A stretch of 64,000 bases of DNA from Blastocystis sp. Blastoise (lineage: Eukaryota; Protista; Bigyra: Opalinata). Position 1 is the stretch's first letter. Each line of letters opens with the position of its first letter. This document shows positions 13,351 to 29,621 of this stretch, piece after piece. A program made the translations under genes and the position numbers. The stretch is taken from positions 1,298,364 through 1,362,363 of the forward strand of contig JBBPEB010000004.1 in the NCBI GenBank assembly GCA_039096225.1. Direction: 5' to 3'. Under the pieces are notes generated by a model, which did not search any database, was not told the origin of the DNA, and saw only the letters and a list, made by a program, of their open reading frames with translations.

Positions 13351-15299
13351 ACTTACTATTCCATGTTATTACTCTTTTTTATTATTTACTAAATAATATA
13401 TATATATTCGTTTATAACATTATTTTTATTTCTTCTTGTAATAAATATCATAAGAATATAAATTAGTTTATTATTAACGTTTCTACCTAAATAACTAATA
13501 GTTTTCTATATATATAGTTTTGTTTATAATAATAATATTTTTTTACACTTTTATTTCTATTAATATTCTTTAAATTGATTTATTTAAAACTTAGTTCTTT
13601 ACACATTTATTTCTATGAGTATGTAAAAATAAGAAGAGTTATATTTTTAAAAATAAAAAATATTTTTTAAAGAATTAATAAATCAGTTTGTGAAAGTATA
13701 TCAAATTAAATATTTTCTTATTTTGAATGATATAATTATTGTAATAAAATACTATATAATCGTTATAGTATCTCGATTAAACACAATATAGTTTTTATTT
13801 CATTTATTATTGGTTGTTATTCTTTCAATAACCTAATATCACTTGTCATAACATAAATATAAATATCATAATTATTATATTATGAATATACAGTGATATT
13901 TGAACTATGCTGACTTTTTTAGTATTCAATCATTCAAGAGAAAAAAAGAAGAAATCATCATAGGGTAGAATTTTCAGAGTTTTCGTATATATAAAAAATT
14001 TATACATATTTTAGGGTTAGGGGTTGGATTATTATTTGACATAAAAGTTTTTCACATAAATCTTTTTATTTATTAATATTTTATGTATTGTTTTTTGTTG
14101 ACTTATAATGGTATGTATCATTATTTTTTTATATACTTTATTATATAGCTATCATTTATGACTCAAATAAATAGGAGACGAACACAATTTTTTCTCTTGG
14201 ATGAAGATATGTTCTTATTTTACTATTTATCTACTCTCTACAGTTATAACTTTGTTTTTGGTGCTCTACTGATCAGGAATGACTTACTTTGAAATGTATG
14301 CTTTAAATATTTTTATATAATAGTTATAGTTGGCTTCTTTTAGCTGGTGATCCTTGAAGTGTAATCATTGATTGATGTGCGTGTTTAATATATATTATTT
14401 ATAATTATTTTTTTTATTCCTTTTTATTTTAAACTGTATATAGTATTTCAGAATAATCATATAATTGAAGATAAGATGATGTTTGATGTGTTTATATAAG
14501 GTGTATAATTTATTATTATTAAATTATCAATATTTTTATAATTACATTTCTATAGTCTTTAAAAATGGTCAAAAAACGACACTCTGCATGAATACTAAAC
14601 ATATAAAAAAAAATCTATGTTAGTTTATTAATTACTTATGTATTCTTTTTTATTAGTTTATTATTTTTCTGTTTATAATACTATAAAATGAAAATGAGTT
14701 GTTTTGGGATTAAAAAAGGATATTAATTAAATATGAAATGACTTATTAAACCCTTTTATATATCATTAATACACATATTATGTTAATTAAATAATATATA
14801 TGTTTTATTTCTCGTGAATTTTTATTTGCTTAGGGTTAGAACCAAATAAATTTCTGAAATTGCTTCTTAAAAAATATTGGGTCTGATAGTGGTGTCATAT
14901 ACGTTATTTGGTGTTGACTCTAGAGTCAGAATTTGATTTTTTATTTCTATTTGTGCTTTTCTAGAGGCTCATAGTAATCAGACTAAAGGTCATTTAAAAA
15001 AAGAAAACACAAAAAGTATCTATTAGTGAAAATGTTCTATATGTCAAAGAATCTATATAAAGTAAAATAATTAAAAAATTATTATTAATGTTGTATAGTG
15101 ATCACTTATAAGGAAATAAAAACAAAATAATTTTTCTTTTAAATTATGAATAGTAAATAAATAATTCTATGAAATATTTAGAATTGTAAAAGAAGTTAAA
15201 TAAAAATTATTATGAGATTTTAATTTGCTATCTTTTAGATATAAATAAAATTAATATATGAAAAAAAATAAAATTTTTTAAAAGAAAACATTTTTGTAA

Positions 15300-17195
15300 T
15301 TCTTGTTTTGGAATAGATTTTAGTGTCATAAATTCATTTTTAATTATATATTATATATATATATATAAGTTTTATATATATTATTAATGATAATCCATAA
15401 ATTAGTAATATTAAAGAATTATTTATCATATATAGATAATCAAAACCATTCTTTTAAAATTTTTATTATGTATATAAATATTAATAAAAAATATAATATT
15501 TATTTTTATAGATATATATTATTATAATTTTTATTATGTATAGTTTTAAAATAGATTATTATTAATTAGAAATACATATATATATAAGATATTAAAAGAA
15601 ATTATTCTTAGAGTGATAAATTTCTTTTTTTAATAAAATATTTTAACTAATTCTTAAAATATATAAAACATTATAGTGTTATATCTTTAAATAAAAATTT
15701 ATATTAAATGATAATACATAGAAAATACATATGTGTTGATATAGAATTACAATAGATTCAAATATTATATTTTAATTTATTTTATTATTATAAAATATAT
15801 ATAAATTGTTTTATAAAATATTTTTTATATATTTTAATGTCAATGAATTATTTTTATTAAATGAATTTATATTTATAAATATAATTATTTAATTAATATA
15901 ATATTTATTATAATGTTAATGATTTTAATGATATTGAAGCATTAATAAATAAAAGATAAGAATTATGTATTAAATTATTTATTTATATAATGAATTAAAT
16001 ATTTTTAAAATAATATTCACATTCATTTATTTATAAATTATTTTTTATATTTTATTTATTCATTTGATATTCTATTAATAATATGGAATTCAAAATATAT
16101 TTGATAATAAATTATTCTTTGAATAAGATATTTGATTTTTATTAAGATTAAATGAATTTTTTATTATTTTTATGTAGTTTAATTATTTAATTATTTATTT
16201 TATTTATAAAAATGGATTGAATTATGAATAAGTAATATTAATATAAAAAAATTCATTTAAATGTGATAATAGAAATATTTTTTAAATATAAATTATATTT
16301 ATATATATATATATTGAATAAATATATTAATAAAATATAAATGAAATAGTATTTGAATATATAATAAAAATATATTTTTATTAAAAATGATTATTTCCAA
16401 ATTAATTTATGATAATTTTTTATATTATAATAGTTATTTTACATTTAACATAATGAATTGTATTTAATAATAATTATTGTTTTATAATAAATAATATAAT
16501 AAATAATACTATTAAATTAATATAGAAAATATTACAAACAAATATATTTATTAATTAATAAGAAAAATTTTAATTAATAAGTATATATGTAATTTTAAAA
16601 TGAAAATAAATATTGATTTATGAATGATATTTAAATTAAAAAATTAAAATAATGAAGATGATTTAAAAATATAATTTTTTATTAAATATTAATATAAAAT
16701 TCTATTTAAATAATTGAATAATAAATTAAAGTTATATTTTATATGAATTAATCAATTGATGAAAAAATATTGAATAGAAATTGTTTAGTATTAGAAATAT
16801 TCTTATAAATAATATTACTTTTTATTTATACATATATATAATAATTAATGAAGATAATTATATATATATAGATGAATTAATTATATATGTAAATATATCT
16901 ATTTGAATAATAGAAAAGATGTTATTAAAATTTATAGTTTGTTATATATATAAAATTATTTATAATATATATTAAGAAATTATATTAGTTTTTAAAATGT
17001 ATAAATATATAAATTAGAAAAAAGAATTAAAATGATATATTATATATTTATTTCTGATTGTATGGAAATATATTATTTATAATGAATAATTCAATTAGTA
17101 ATGAATGCTTTATAAAATATTTATGGTATGCATTAGAATTATGTTAATTAATGTTTATACGATAAAATAATAATGAATATAAATATATACACATA
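15300..17195 (+). pseudogene. Heavily decayed sequence, diverged paralog of ~37800-39510 and ~61140-62850
   Basis: Colinear matches, e.g. GATATTCTATTAATAATATG at ~16066 and ~38421, ATGAATTAATCAATT at ~16743 and ~39048. Homology is clear; coding origin is inferred. Confidence 0.6.
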
Positions 17196-17213
17196 TAGGG
17201 GTTAGGGTTAGGG
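17196..17213 (+). repeat. Short interstitial telomeric tract preceding unit 1
   Basis: TAGGGG-TTAGGG-TTAGGG followed by the same unit-start sequence seen at 40636. Confidence 0.9.
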
Positions 17214-17315
17214 AAAAAAAAATATAATTAGAGAATAAGTTAATTTATGTTATAAAAATATAATATATTATAAATATAATTGGATAAAAAAAGATATTAT
17301 TGATTTAATTGGTAG

Positions 17316-17813
17316 TCTAGAATCGTAGAATCGTAGAGTCTACGATTGTATGATTGTAGGATTAAATAAACCAATAGAATAAGTTTAAAAAAAAATCAAC
17401 CAAAATAGTATTAGGGTAAAAAAGTGAACCAAAATAGTATTAGGGTAAAAGAATGATAGAATAAAGTGGTAATGTTTTAAAAGAAGGGTTCTCAAAATTT
17501 TATTAGGGTGAAAATAATTAATTTAATTGGTTAAAAAAATAAAATAAAATAATTGGGTATTGTAGAATTGAAAAAAGAAGAAAATAATTGGATAAAAAAA
17601 GATTTATCCAATAAAAATAGAGTTTTTCATTTCTACAATCATAGAATCGTAGAGTCTACGATTCTACGATTGTAGAATATAAGATAATGAATTTGATTGG
17701 TAGTCTACAATCGTAGAGTCTACGATTCTACGATTGTAGGATTGTAGGATAATGAATTTGATTGGCTGTCTACAATCCTAGAATCGTAGAGTCTACGATT
17801 CTACGATTGTAGG
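17316..17813. repeat. Four palindromic sites, consensus TCTACAATCGTAGAATCGTAGA-G-TCTACGATTCTACGATTGTAGA
   Basis: Sites at 17316-17360, 17632-17676, 17704-17748 (short left arm) and 17769-17813; arms built from tandem TAGAATCG-like 8-mers; nearby ATTGG/CCAAT motifs. Confidence 0.92.
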
Positions 17814-17944
17814 ATGAAATAAGCCAATAGAATGAATTAAAATAAAAAAGTCAACCAAAATGTTATTAGGGTAAAAAAGTGGTTGACCTTTTTGAGAGGC
17901 TTTAATATTTTACTTTACTTTTTTTGTTTATTTTTTAAATTATA

Positions 17945-18620
17945 ATGGTAATTCTTTTATTTTTATTTATTTAATGAATTCAATATATTTATTTTTATTT
18001 TTATAATGAAATATTATTTATATTAAATAATAAATAGACGCCATTCTTGGCTTGGGTTTGAATGTGTAGCTATTTATAGTGTTAGGATACTTGTGGTCTG
18101 TTGAAATGTGGTGCTATTCATGGATCTGTTTGAATTACTACGTTTGAAAAGGTTTAAGGTAAGAATGGGAAGATTTTAATTAAGTTGAAAGTGATGTTTA
18201 TGAATGAAAATTCATAACATCACTTTTTCCCATTGTCTTTGTAGTGTTGGTTTTGGTACTTATGATGATAAACTATGTTCTACGATGATTTTGGATCATT
18301 TATGTTGTCTTAGTATCATTGGAATACTTTTTAAGGTATATATTATATTAGACAATTGTGGTGATTATGTATAAATATTTTATATTATATAGTTATTTTT
18401 ATATATAAAGTATATATAGGATGAGTTGAGTGTGATTAATGAAGTATTGAGTCTTCTTTGTAAGTATTAGGTATAGAAATGATTAAAATAGGTAAAATAA
18501 AATATAACAAAAATTCAAAAATTTCTAAACTATTCTTTCAACTAGAGGGTGTTTAACCCTTTAATAAGGTATATATTATTTATTTTATTCTATATTATTA
18601 TTATATAGGTTGTGTGTGTA
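17945..18620 (+). pseudogene. Spliced gene relic downstream of the palindrome cluster
   Basis: ATG|GTAATT..AATAG and further GT..AG introns between higher-GC segments with stops; duplicated at ~41367-42040. Confidence 0.35.
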
Positions 18621-19869
18621 TTGGATATATATATAATATATAATATAAATAAAAAAAACATAATAAAAAAAGAAAAATTGATTGAATATCATTTTTATTT
18701 TTTAATTTTAAAATTTAATTTTTTATATCATAAAATAGTTTTTATAATATAATATGAATACAATTAATGTAAATTAACATATATATACTATTTAAATAAA
18801 TAAAAGTTTTGTTTAAAGACATTTTGTAAAAAACTATGAATTCACTCATGTTGACTTAAATAAACAAAAATGACTTTCGCTAAGTTATTATAGACTAATA
18901 AACATATGTGTATGATAATAACTTGTTTTCTAAACAAAATAGTTTAATAATGTTAAGAATTGTGTGTATAAAAGAATATTTAAAAAATGATTATAATAAA
19001 ATATTGATAATTAAGTCATAAAGTCATTAGAAAGTTGAGTCATGAACAGTTTGAAGATAGTTGAATGAGAGACTTTGACAAGATTTGTTTAAAATACTTT
19101 ATAAAAACATGTTAAATGAATTTATAAAGTGATTATTAATAAGAATTAAACATAATAATAACTTTAAGAAAATAATTAATAAGAATGAGAAGATAATGTT
19201 TTAGTAAAGTATAAAATAAAAAATATATATGATGACTAGAGATCTTAATAGATATAAAAATGAATAAATAATGAATATTAAGAGTATCTAAATAATAAAT
19301 AAATAAAAAGAAGAAGTTTGAAAAGAATGATAAAGTTCTTATTATAATTTTTCTTTTTATTCTTATTTTATTATTTTTAAATAACATATATTATTCTTTT
19401 GAATTAAAATTGATACTATTCATTGAATAATAGTCTATAGTATACACTAGTATGAATAAAAGTTGAAAAATAGAATAAAATATTTTTTAAGAATGGATGA
19501 ATTGTGTGTAAACATAGTTATGTAGTATGCTTACAGTAGTTTAAAATGTTATAATGAATATTTATAATTGAAAAAGATAATAAGTTAACTTATTTTATAT
19601 AAAAATATTTCAATTACTGGTGTTGAAGTGTTGATATACAAGTATTACGATAGTATTTGTATTAAGAGTTGTAAATAAAGGTAGAAAAGAAAGAAATATT
19701 AATTAGAAGACTATATTACTATTTGAAAATCTTTTAATTTTTGTAAATACAAAGAGATTTCTTGATGATTAAATAATTGAAGATAACTATATATATTACA
19801 TAATTGATTAGATAAACATTTGAATTCTATATATATAGAATAATAATTATAAATTAAAAGAATAGAATA

Positions 19870-19939
19870 ATTTAAGTCAGGAATCGAACCTGATATATAT
19901 ATAATATATATATATTCTATCCATTTATAGAAATTAAAT
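19870..19939 (-). ncRNA. tRNA-like element with (AT)n middle arm
   Basis: TCTAT/ATAGA D-like stem, TCAGG-TTCGATT-CCTGA T arm; duplicated at ~43291-43360. Confidence 0.5.
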
Positions 19940-20047
19940 ATTAAAATAATAATATATTTTAATATATTGAATTCATCTTCTATATATATATATATAATAT
20001 AATTATAATATAAAAATTAATTATAAAAAGAATATAATAAAATAAAA

Positions 20048-20111
20048 TATTTAAGCCAGGATTTGAACCTGTATATATATATATATATCCATCCATTATG
20101 GAGCTTAAATA
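20048..20111 (-). ncRNA. tRNA-like element with (AT)n middle arm
   Basis: TATTTAAG/CTTAAATA closing stem, CAGG-TTCAAAT-CCTG T arm; duplicated at ~43469-43532. Confidence 0.5.
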
Positions 20112-20489
20112 CGATAAACAAAAGTAATTATAAGTATATATGAATAGAAAATAATATATATATATATATAAAATTATAGAAAAACACAATAAAAGTTACA
20201 AGAAAGGAATACCAATGTGAAAGAAAAAAAAAGGGAAATATTAGAATAAAAAAAGATTATGTATAAATATATATATATATATATATACGAAAGCAACAAA
20301 GCTATTAATACACCAAGAGAACAAAATACATAATAAACAAAATATATATTATATAAAATAGTTAATAAAAATAATATAAAATAGTATAATAAACCACATA
20401 AATATGTAAATATAAAAAATAAATATATAATAGATAAAGACAAATATAATAAAAAAAAAATAAAAATATAATATATATATTTACATAAG

Positions 20490-21170
20490 ATACCTAAAAT
20501 TGTAACCCAATTCATCTCAAATAACATTACAAGACTATAAACAAGACAAAGAATCCAAATAGAAGCAAAAAAAGAAAAATATCAAGCACAATGGAGACGA
20601 AGATCATATCTTTGATAACAAAAACTATATATAAATACTGTATATAAATAAATAAGATGATAATAAATATATTTATAATAATATAAAAGTAAATAAAGAA
20701 TAAAAAATAATAAAAAAAAAAGAAAAAATAAATAAATAAAAATATACAGGAAAAAGGATATTTTTGATAAAGAAGAGATCATTGAGATGACACAGAAAGC
20801 CACAAAAGAACACCATACATGTTTGGAGACCAGCAATATAAAAAAAAATGAAAAAACACAACCCATGATAGGTGAATTAACCCTTTAGACTATATAAAAA
20901 ATAATAAAATGAATAGAATGAATATATAAATACCTTGTAGATTGTTTGAACACATTAAAACCAACAAGAAAGGAAACCAACACAGAGAATACCCATCAGG
21001 GTTACTAACAAAAATTTCTAAATAAATAGGTAATATTAAATAACTAATAAAATAGAATACATACCATTTTAAGCACTTTTTGAAGAACAGCAAAAGGAAT
21101 GGAGATTTTGAAGAATGGAGAGACTACAAGACCTAAGAATGAGACAGCTAGGAGATATAGAGATAATAAA
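20490..21170 (+). pseudogene. Decayed ORF of unknown family
   Basis: Coding-like frame (EEIIEMTQKATKEHHTCLE..KRNGDFEEWRDYK) interrupted by stops; duplicated at ~43910-44590. Confidence 0.4.
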
Positions 21171-22443
21171 TAGATAACATACATAATTAATTAAAAAGAT
21201 AAAGTTTTGATAAATATATAAGATAAATAAATAATGAAATTTGAAATTGTTTTTAGTGAAGACAAAAGAAAAGTGTCATTATAAATAAGAATCACGATTT
21301 CATGAATGGATCTCGTTATAATTTGAATAAATTTTATGTTTTTTTTAAAACTTGTTTTTTAAAAATAGTTTTTCTTTAGATAATGTGTTGTTTTAAATAT
21401 AAATGTGTTTTTGAATGTTTATAATAACTCAAGATGTAAACATTATTAGTAAATTTATTTTATTGAATTATTTTATAGATAAAAAAATAGTGATCCGTGA
21501 CAAAAAGCTTTAATAAAGAGTATTTAGCATATATTATAGACTTATAAAGCAATTCAAGATGAAAATGAGTTCAAATATTGTTTAATTATTGATATTAAGA
21601 GATAAAAAGGTGATGTTTATAATTGTATTTCAAATGAGTTTATTGAGTTTATATTGAGTTGATAGAGCTTATGCTTGATAGAATAGAGTTGATTTAGATT
21701 TATTTATTATTAAACAGTGAATGGATTGACAATGTTAACTTTTTATTGATTAAATGATTATAAATTGTGTTTAAAATAGTATATAGAGATAAAAAAATAA
21801 AAAAATAATTTATATTATAATGATATTTATAAAAGAATATTAAAAATGTAAAACACAGATCGTTGTTTTATTCGTTTACGGTAAAAGTTAAATGAATCCG
21901 TATAATTTTATTTTAATTCTTGAAATATAGAAAAAATTGACACTTGGTCTTTGATTTATTTTTTTTTTAAGTTATGTGTTGCTGTGATGTTTTATTCAGA
22001 TTGAATATATTAAATTCAATAAATAAACAATGTTCCGCTTCAATATTTAGTATATATTTTATATATTATTTTAGTTAATTGCATTCTTTGTTTAGGTTGC
22101 ATGATTATTTAAGATTTGGTCTGTTATTGTGTTATAGAATAGGTCAATATAATGTTTCAAATAACATATTGGATTAAAGAAATACTTTTAGTATGCATTT
22201 CTATTTTGAATTAGTTTTATTTATTTTATATACATATATTTTATAGTATTAAAATGATTAGAGAGTATATCACGTAGTTATCGTGATTATTAATTGAATT
22301 CCGTATTGTATTTTGATGAATTAATTGTAATATATATATATATATTTTTTTAATTTCTTATTTATTTTAATTTTTAATTAAAATTATTATTTAAATTAAT
22401 TCATTTATATTAGAGTTATTTAATTATTATTCTTTTTATATTT

Positions 22444-22546
<103 letters not shown>

Positions 22547-22628
22547 TTAAAGATTCAAACGAGTTTTAAAATTAGATTTTGATTTTTTTTTAAGACATTT
22601 ATATTTTTTAATTTTAATGTAATGAATA

Positions 22629-22668
<40 letters not shown>

Positions 22669-23005
22669 TTATTATATATATAGGAAATAATTAATTCAAC
22701 TGTATTATTTATTGTGTTGGTAATAATACAGAAATAAATTGCTAATAAGTTACTTACTCATTATATATATGAGGAATAGAGTATATATAAATATATATTA
22801 CTTATTATATATAATAGATGTGTTGTTATGATGGTGTTTAAATATATAAATATTGTAAATATCTTTTTTATCTCCTTCAACACATATATTCTTTTATCTA
22901 TTTATTTTTTTATTATTATATTTGTTCTTATTATAATTATTTTTTTATTATATATATATAGTTAACAAATAAAGATATTGATATATTAAACGAATCTGTT
23001 CATAA

Positions 23006-23036
<31 letters not shown>

Positions 23037-23092
23037 GAATACATTCAAACTATTACTATTATATGTAAATTACTCACTCTCCTCACTAATCA

Positions 23093-23133
<41 letters not shown>

Positions 23134-23789
23134 AAAAAAAAGAACTGATAAGAAATATATATATATATATATATAGAAACAAAAACAATTGAGATGTTAT
23201 TAACTAGATAGTTATTTGAATGTTATCCTTATTTATATTTATATATCCTATATTTGGTCTTTATTATTTAAAATGGAATTATTTTTAGAAATAAATTGAA
23301 TATTACATTTGAATTGCTAGTTTTGAAAATAAATAATATTGGAATTATTTTTGTGTTAAAAGATATCTTATTAATTAATATATAGATGTAAATATATCGA
23401 TTTATATACAATATATTATATTATCTAAAAAGAAAAGAAATAGGATATTATATATAGTTTAAAAAAATATAAGATAGCTATAAATTTATTATTAAATATT
23501 TTAAACTTATATATATATTGAAATATCGATTATAAATGAAGGAAGAACTATTCTATAGGTATATATATATACTTATTATAGTTATAATTAATATATTTAT
23601 TCTTATTATAGTTTTATGTTATTTTTATATATTTTATATAGTCATAAAAAAATTAATACATCTTGAATATTATTATTCTATTCTCCTATTAATGTAGTTA
23701 CTTATATTCTTCTATTTAATAAATAATATATGAGATTATTTTTATTGATTTCCTAAATAAGAAATCTTATGGTTATAAAATAGTTTATG

Positions 23790-26379
<2,590 letters not shown>

Positions 26380-26561
26380 TATATATTATTATTATTTTTT
26401 CTTTTTGATATGTATATATAATTTTCATTTATATTTCTTGTAAATTATTTTATAATTATATTGTATATATGTATATTTATTTAAAGTCAACAAAAAAGAA
26501 TACATAAGAAATAGTAATTATAAATATATTTATTAAAAATATCATATATACATAAAATAAT

Positions 26562-27255
26562 TTATTTTTCTTTATTTAGGTGATATAAGAAGAATTTATT
26601 AACGTTTAATTGTTCAGAATCTAAATCTATATTATCATAATCAAAATTTCTATATATATATAAAAGTTATTATTGTATATATATATATATATACAAGTTT
26701 CTAATATGTTTTATATTTTTTTGAAACATATTATATTCTTTGATAAATTGTTTAATCATTCCAAATATAAGAATTGCATTGTTATTATCATAAGATTTAT
26801 CACACTTTATATATAATATTTTTTTATTATATATATATATATAAGTATATATATATATATACTTTTTTATATTGAACAATAATTTTTGATGTATTAGTTT
26901 TAAATAATCTATATATATATATATATATATATAGATAATTCTATTAAAATAATTAAATATACTTTTTCATTTGATTAATTATTTGATTGAGATATTTATC
27001 ATTTCCATCTTCAATATCAAAGAAATTGTATATATTAATTGTAAGTGTTTTCTTTTTATCACCATTTGTCAGTTTATTAATTATTAAATAATATCTATCT
27101 TTATTTCTATAATAATAATAATAATAATATATATATATATAGATGAATACTTTAAATAGATTGTAAATATAAAAAATATTGGTGAATTGGAATTAAAATG
27201 AATCTGAATTTCATCAGATATATTATATAACTATATATATATTATTGTTAATAAT

Positions 27256-27290
<35 letters not shown>

Positions 27291-29539
27291 AGAATCATTA
27301 ATAAAATCATTATAATTATAGTAGTTATGAATGAATAAATTTATATTATTGGCTGTTACAATTTGGTTATAAACATTTAAATATAAATATAAATCAAATA
27401 ATTCACTTGGAAAAGATCCTTCATGTAAGAATGTATACTATATATATTATATTATATTATATTATATTATATTATATTATATTATATTATATTATATTAT
27501 ATTATATTATATTATATACATATTGTTTTTCATTAACTATTATCTCATTATCTATATATATATATTATATTATATTATATAATACTAATTAGATTATATG
27601 TTTGTTTATTATTTATTTGTATAGGATCATTTTCATATTGACTATTTTGACTATTATTATAACAACTAGCTGTATATATATATATATATAAATATTATAT
27701 TATTATATTATATACATTATATATATATATATTATATTATATTATATTATATATATATATACAAATATTAATATTATCATTTGAATAATTTATAGATAAA
27801 TTTGATGATTGATTATGAATTTCTTTGCTTATATCATTATTTTCAGATAATGAAGTATAATCATATACATCAGTAGGTATTATATTATCAGCATTAATAT
27901 TATCAATATTATATTTAATAGATGATTGTATATTAGAATTATTAGCTGAAATTATATTAGCTGAAGATTGGTTATTATTTTGAATAACTTTAGATGCATA
28001 TTCATTAGTATTTTGAAGTTTTTGGAAAGAAATATTATTACTATTACTAATTATTGGATTAGCCAAATTATTATTGATATTATTTAATAAGATATTAGGA
28101 GATGAAGAAATTATATTATCATTACTACTAATTATTGGATTTAATGAATTATTGTAATTGATTGATGAATTAAGATAGTTATTATTATTTATTAATGGAT
28201 TTGAAGAACTGTTATGATTAATGAATGAATTAGAAGAATTATTATTATTTTGATTATTAATATTGATTGATGAATTAAGATAATTATTATTATTGATTGA
28301 TGAATTAAGATTGTTGTTATTATTGATTGATGAACTAAGATAATTGATATTATTGATTGATGGATTAGAAGAATTGTTATAATTGATTGATGTACTAGAT
28401 AAATTATGATTATTATTTACTATTGGATTAGATAAATTATGATTATTATTTGATATTGGATAAGAAGAATTGTTATAATTGATTGATGTATTAGATAAAT
28501 TATGATTATTAGTTGATATTGGATAAGAAGAATTGTTATAATTGATTGATGTATTAGATAAATTATGATTATTAGTTGATATTGGATAAGAAGAATTGTT
28601 ATAATTGATTGATGTATTAGATAAATTATGATTATTATTTACTATTGGATTAGATAAATTATGATTATTATTTGATATTGGATAAGAAGAATTATTAATG
28701 AATGAATTAGAAGAATTATTATTATTTTGATTATTATTGTTGATTAATGGATTAGATAAATTATTTATTATTTGCTTAGAAGAATTATCATTGATAGAAT
28801 TATCACTATTGGAAATGATAGAAATATTAAACTGATCAATATCTTCAACAGAATTATGAATACTTGGAATTGGAGAATAATAATTATTTAATATATTATT
28901 ATTATTTAGATTATATTGATTATTTAATGAATCATTTATACTATAATTATTATCATTGTTATTAGAATTAAATGAAGGAAGAAGAAGAGGAGAAATAAGT
29001 TCTATACTTTTTTTATTTTCATCATCATTCATACTATTGAACTTTATAATGGGAGATATAATTATAGGAGATATTTGTTGATCTGATAATTTAATATATT
29101 TATTTTCATTGTTACAATTATTTATTTTAGCACTATCTTTTGATTCCATCTATGGGATACATATGATAATATGAATAATATGAATATGAATATGAATATG
29201 AATATGAATATGAATATGAATATGAATATGAATATGAATATGAATATGAATATGAATATGAATATGAATACATATGGATAATATGAATATACATGAATAA
29301 TATGAATATGAATACATATGGATAATATGAATATGAATATGAATATGAATATATATGAATATGAATATATATGGATAATATGAATATACATGAATAATAT
29401 AAATAATATCGATAATAAAAATAATATGGATAATATTGATAATATGAATACTTTAGATGATATATCTTCTTTTGATTCAATATAACGATTTATATCATAA
29501 TTGAATGTACACTTTCTAACCAGTAATTCATATGAGCAA

Positions 29540-29621
<82 letters not shown>

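Noticed and set aside
19136-21093. Short hydrophobic minus-strand ORFs
   Set aside because: Reverse complements of A-rich sequence with no coding signal.
29122-29480. SY/IF-repeat ORFs
   Set aside because: Translations of the intronic (GAATAT)n repeat.
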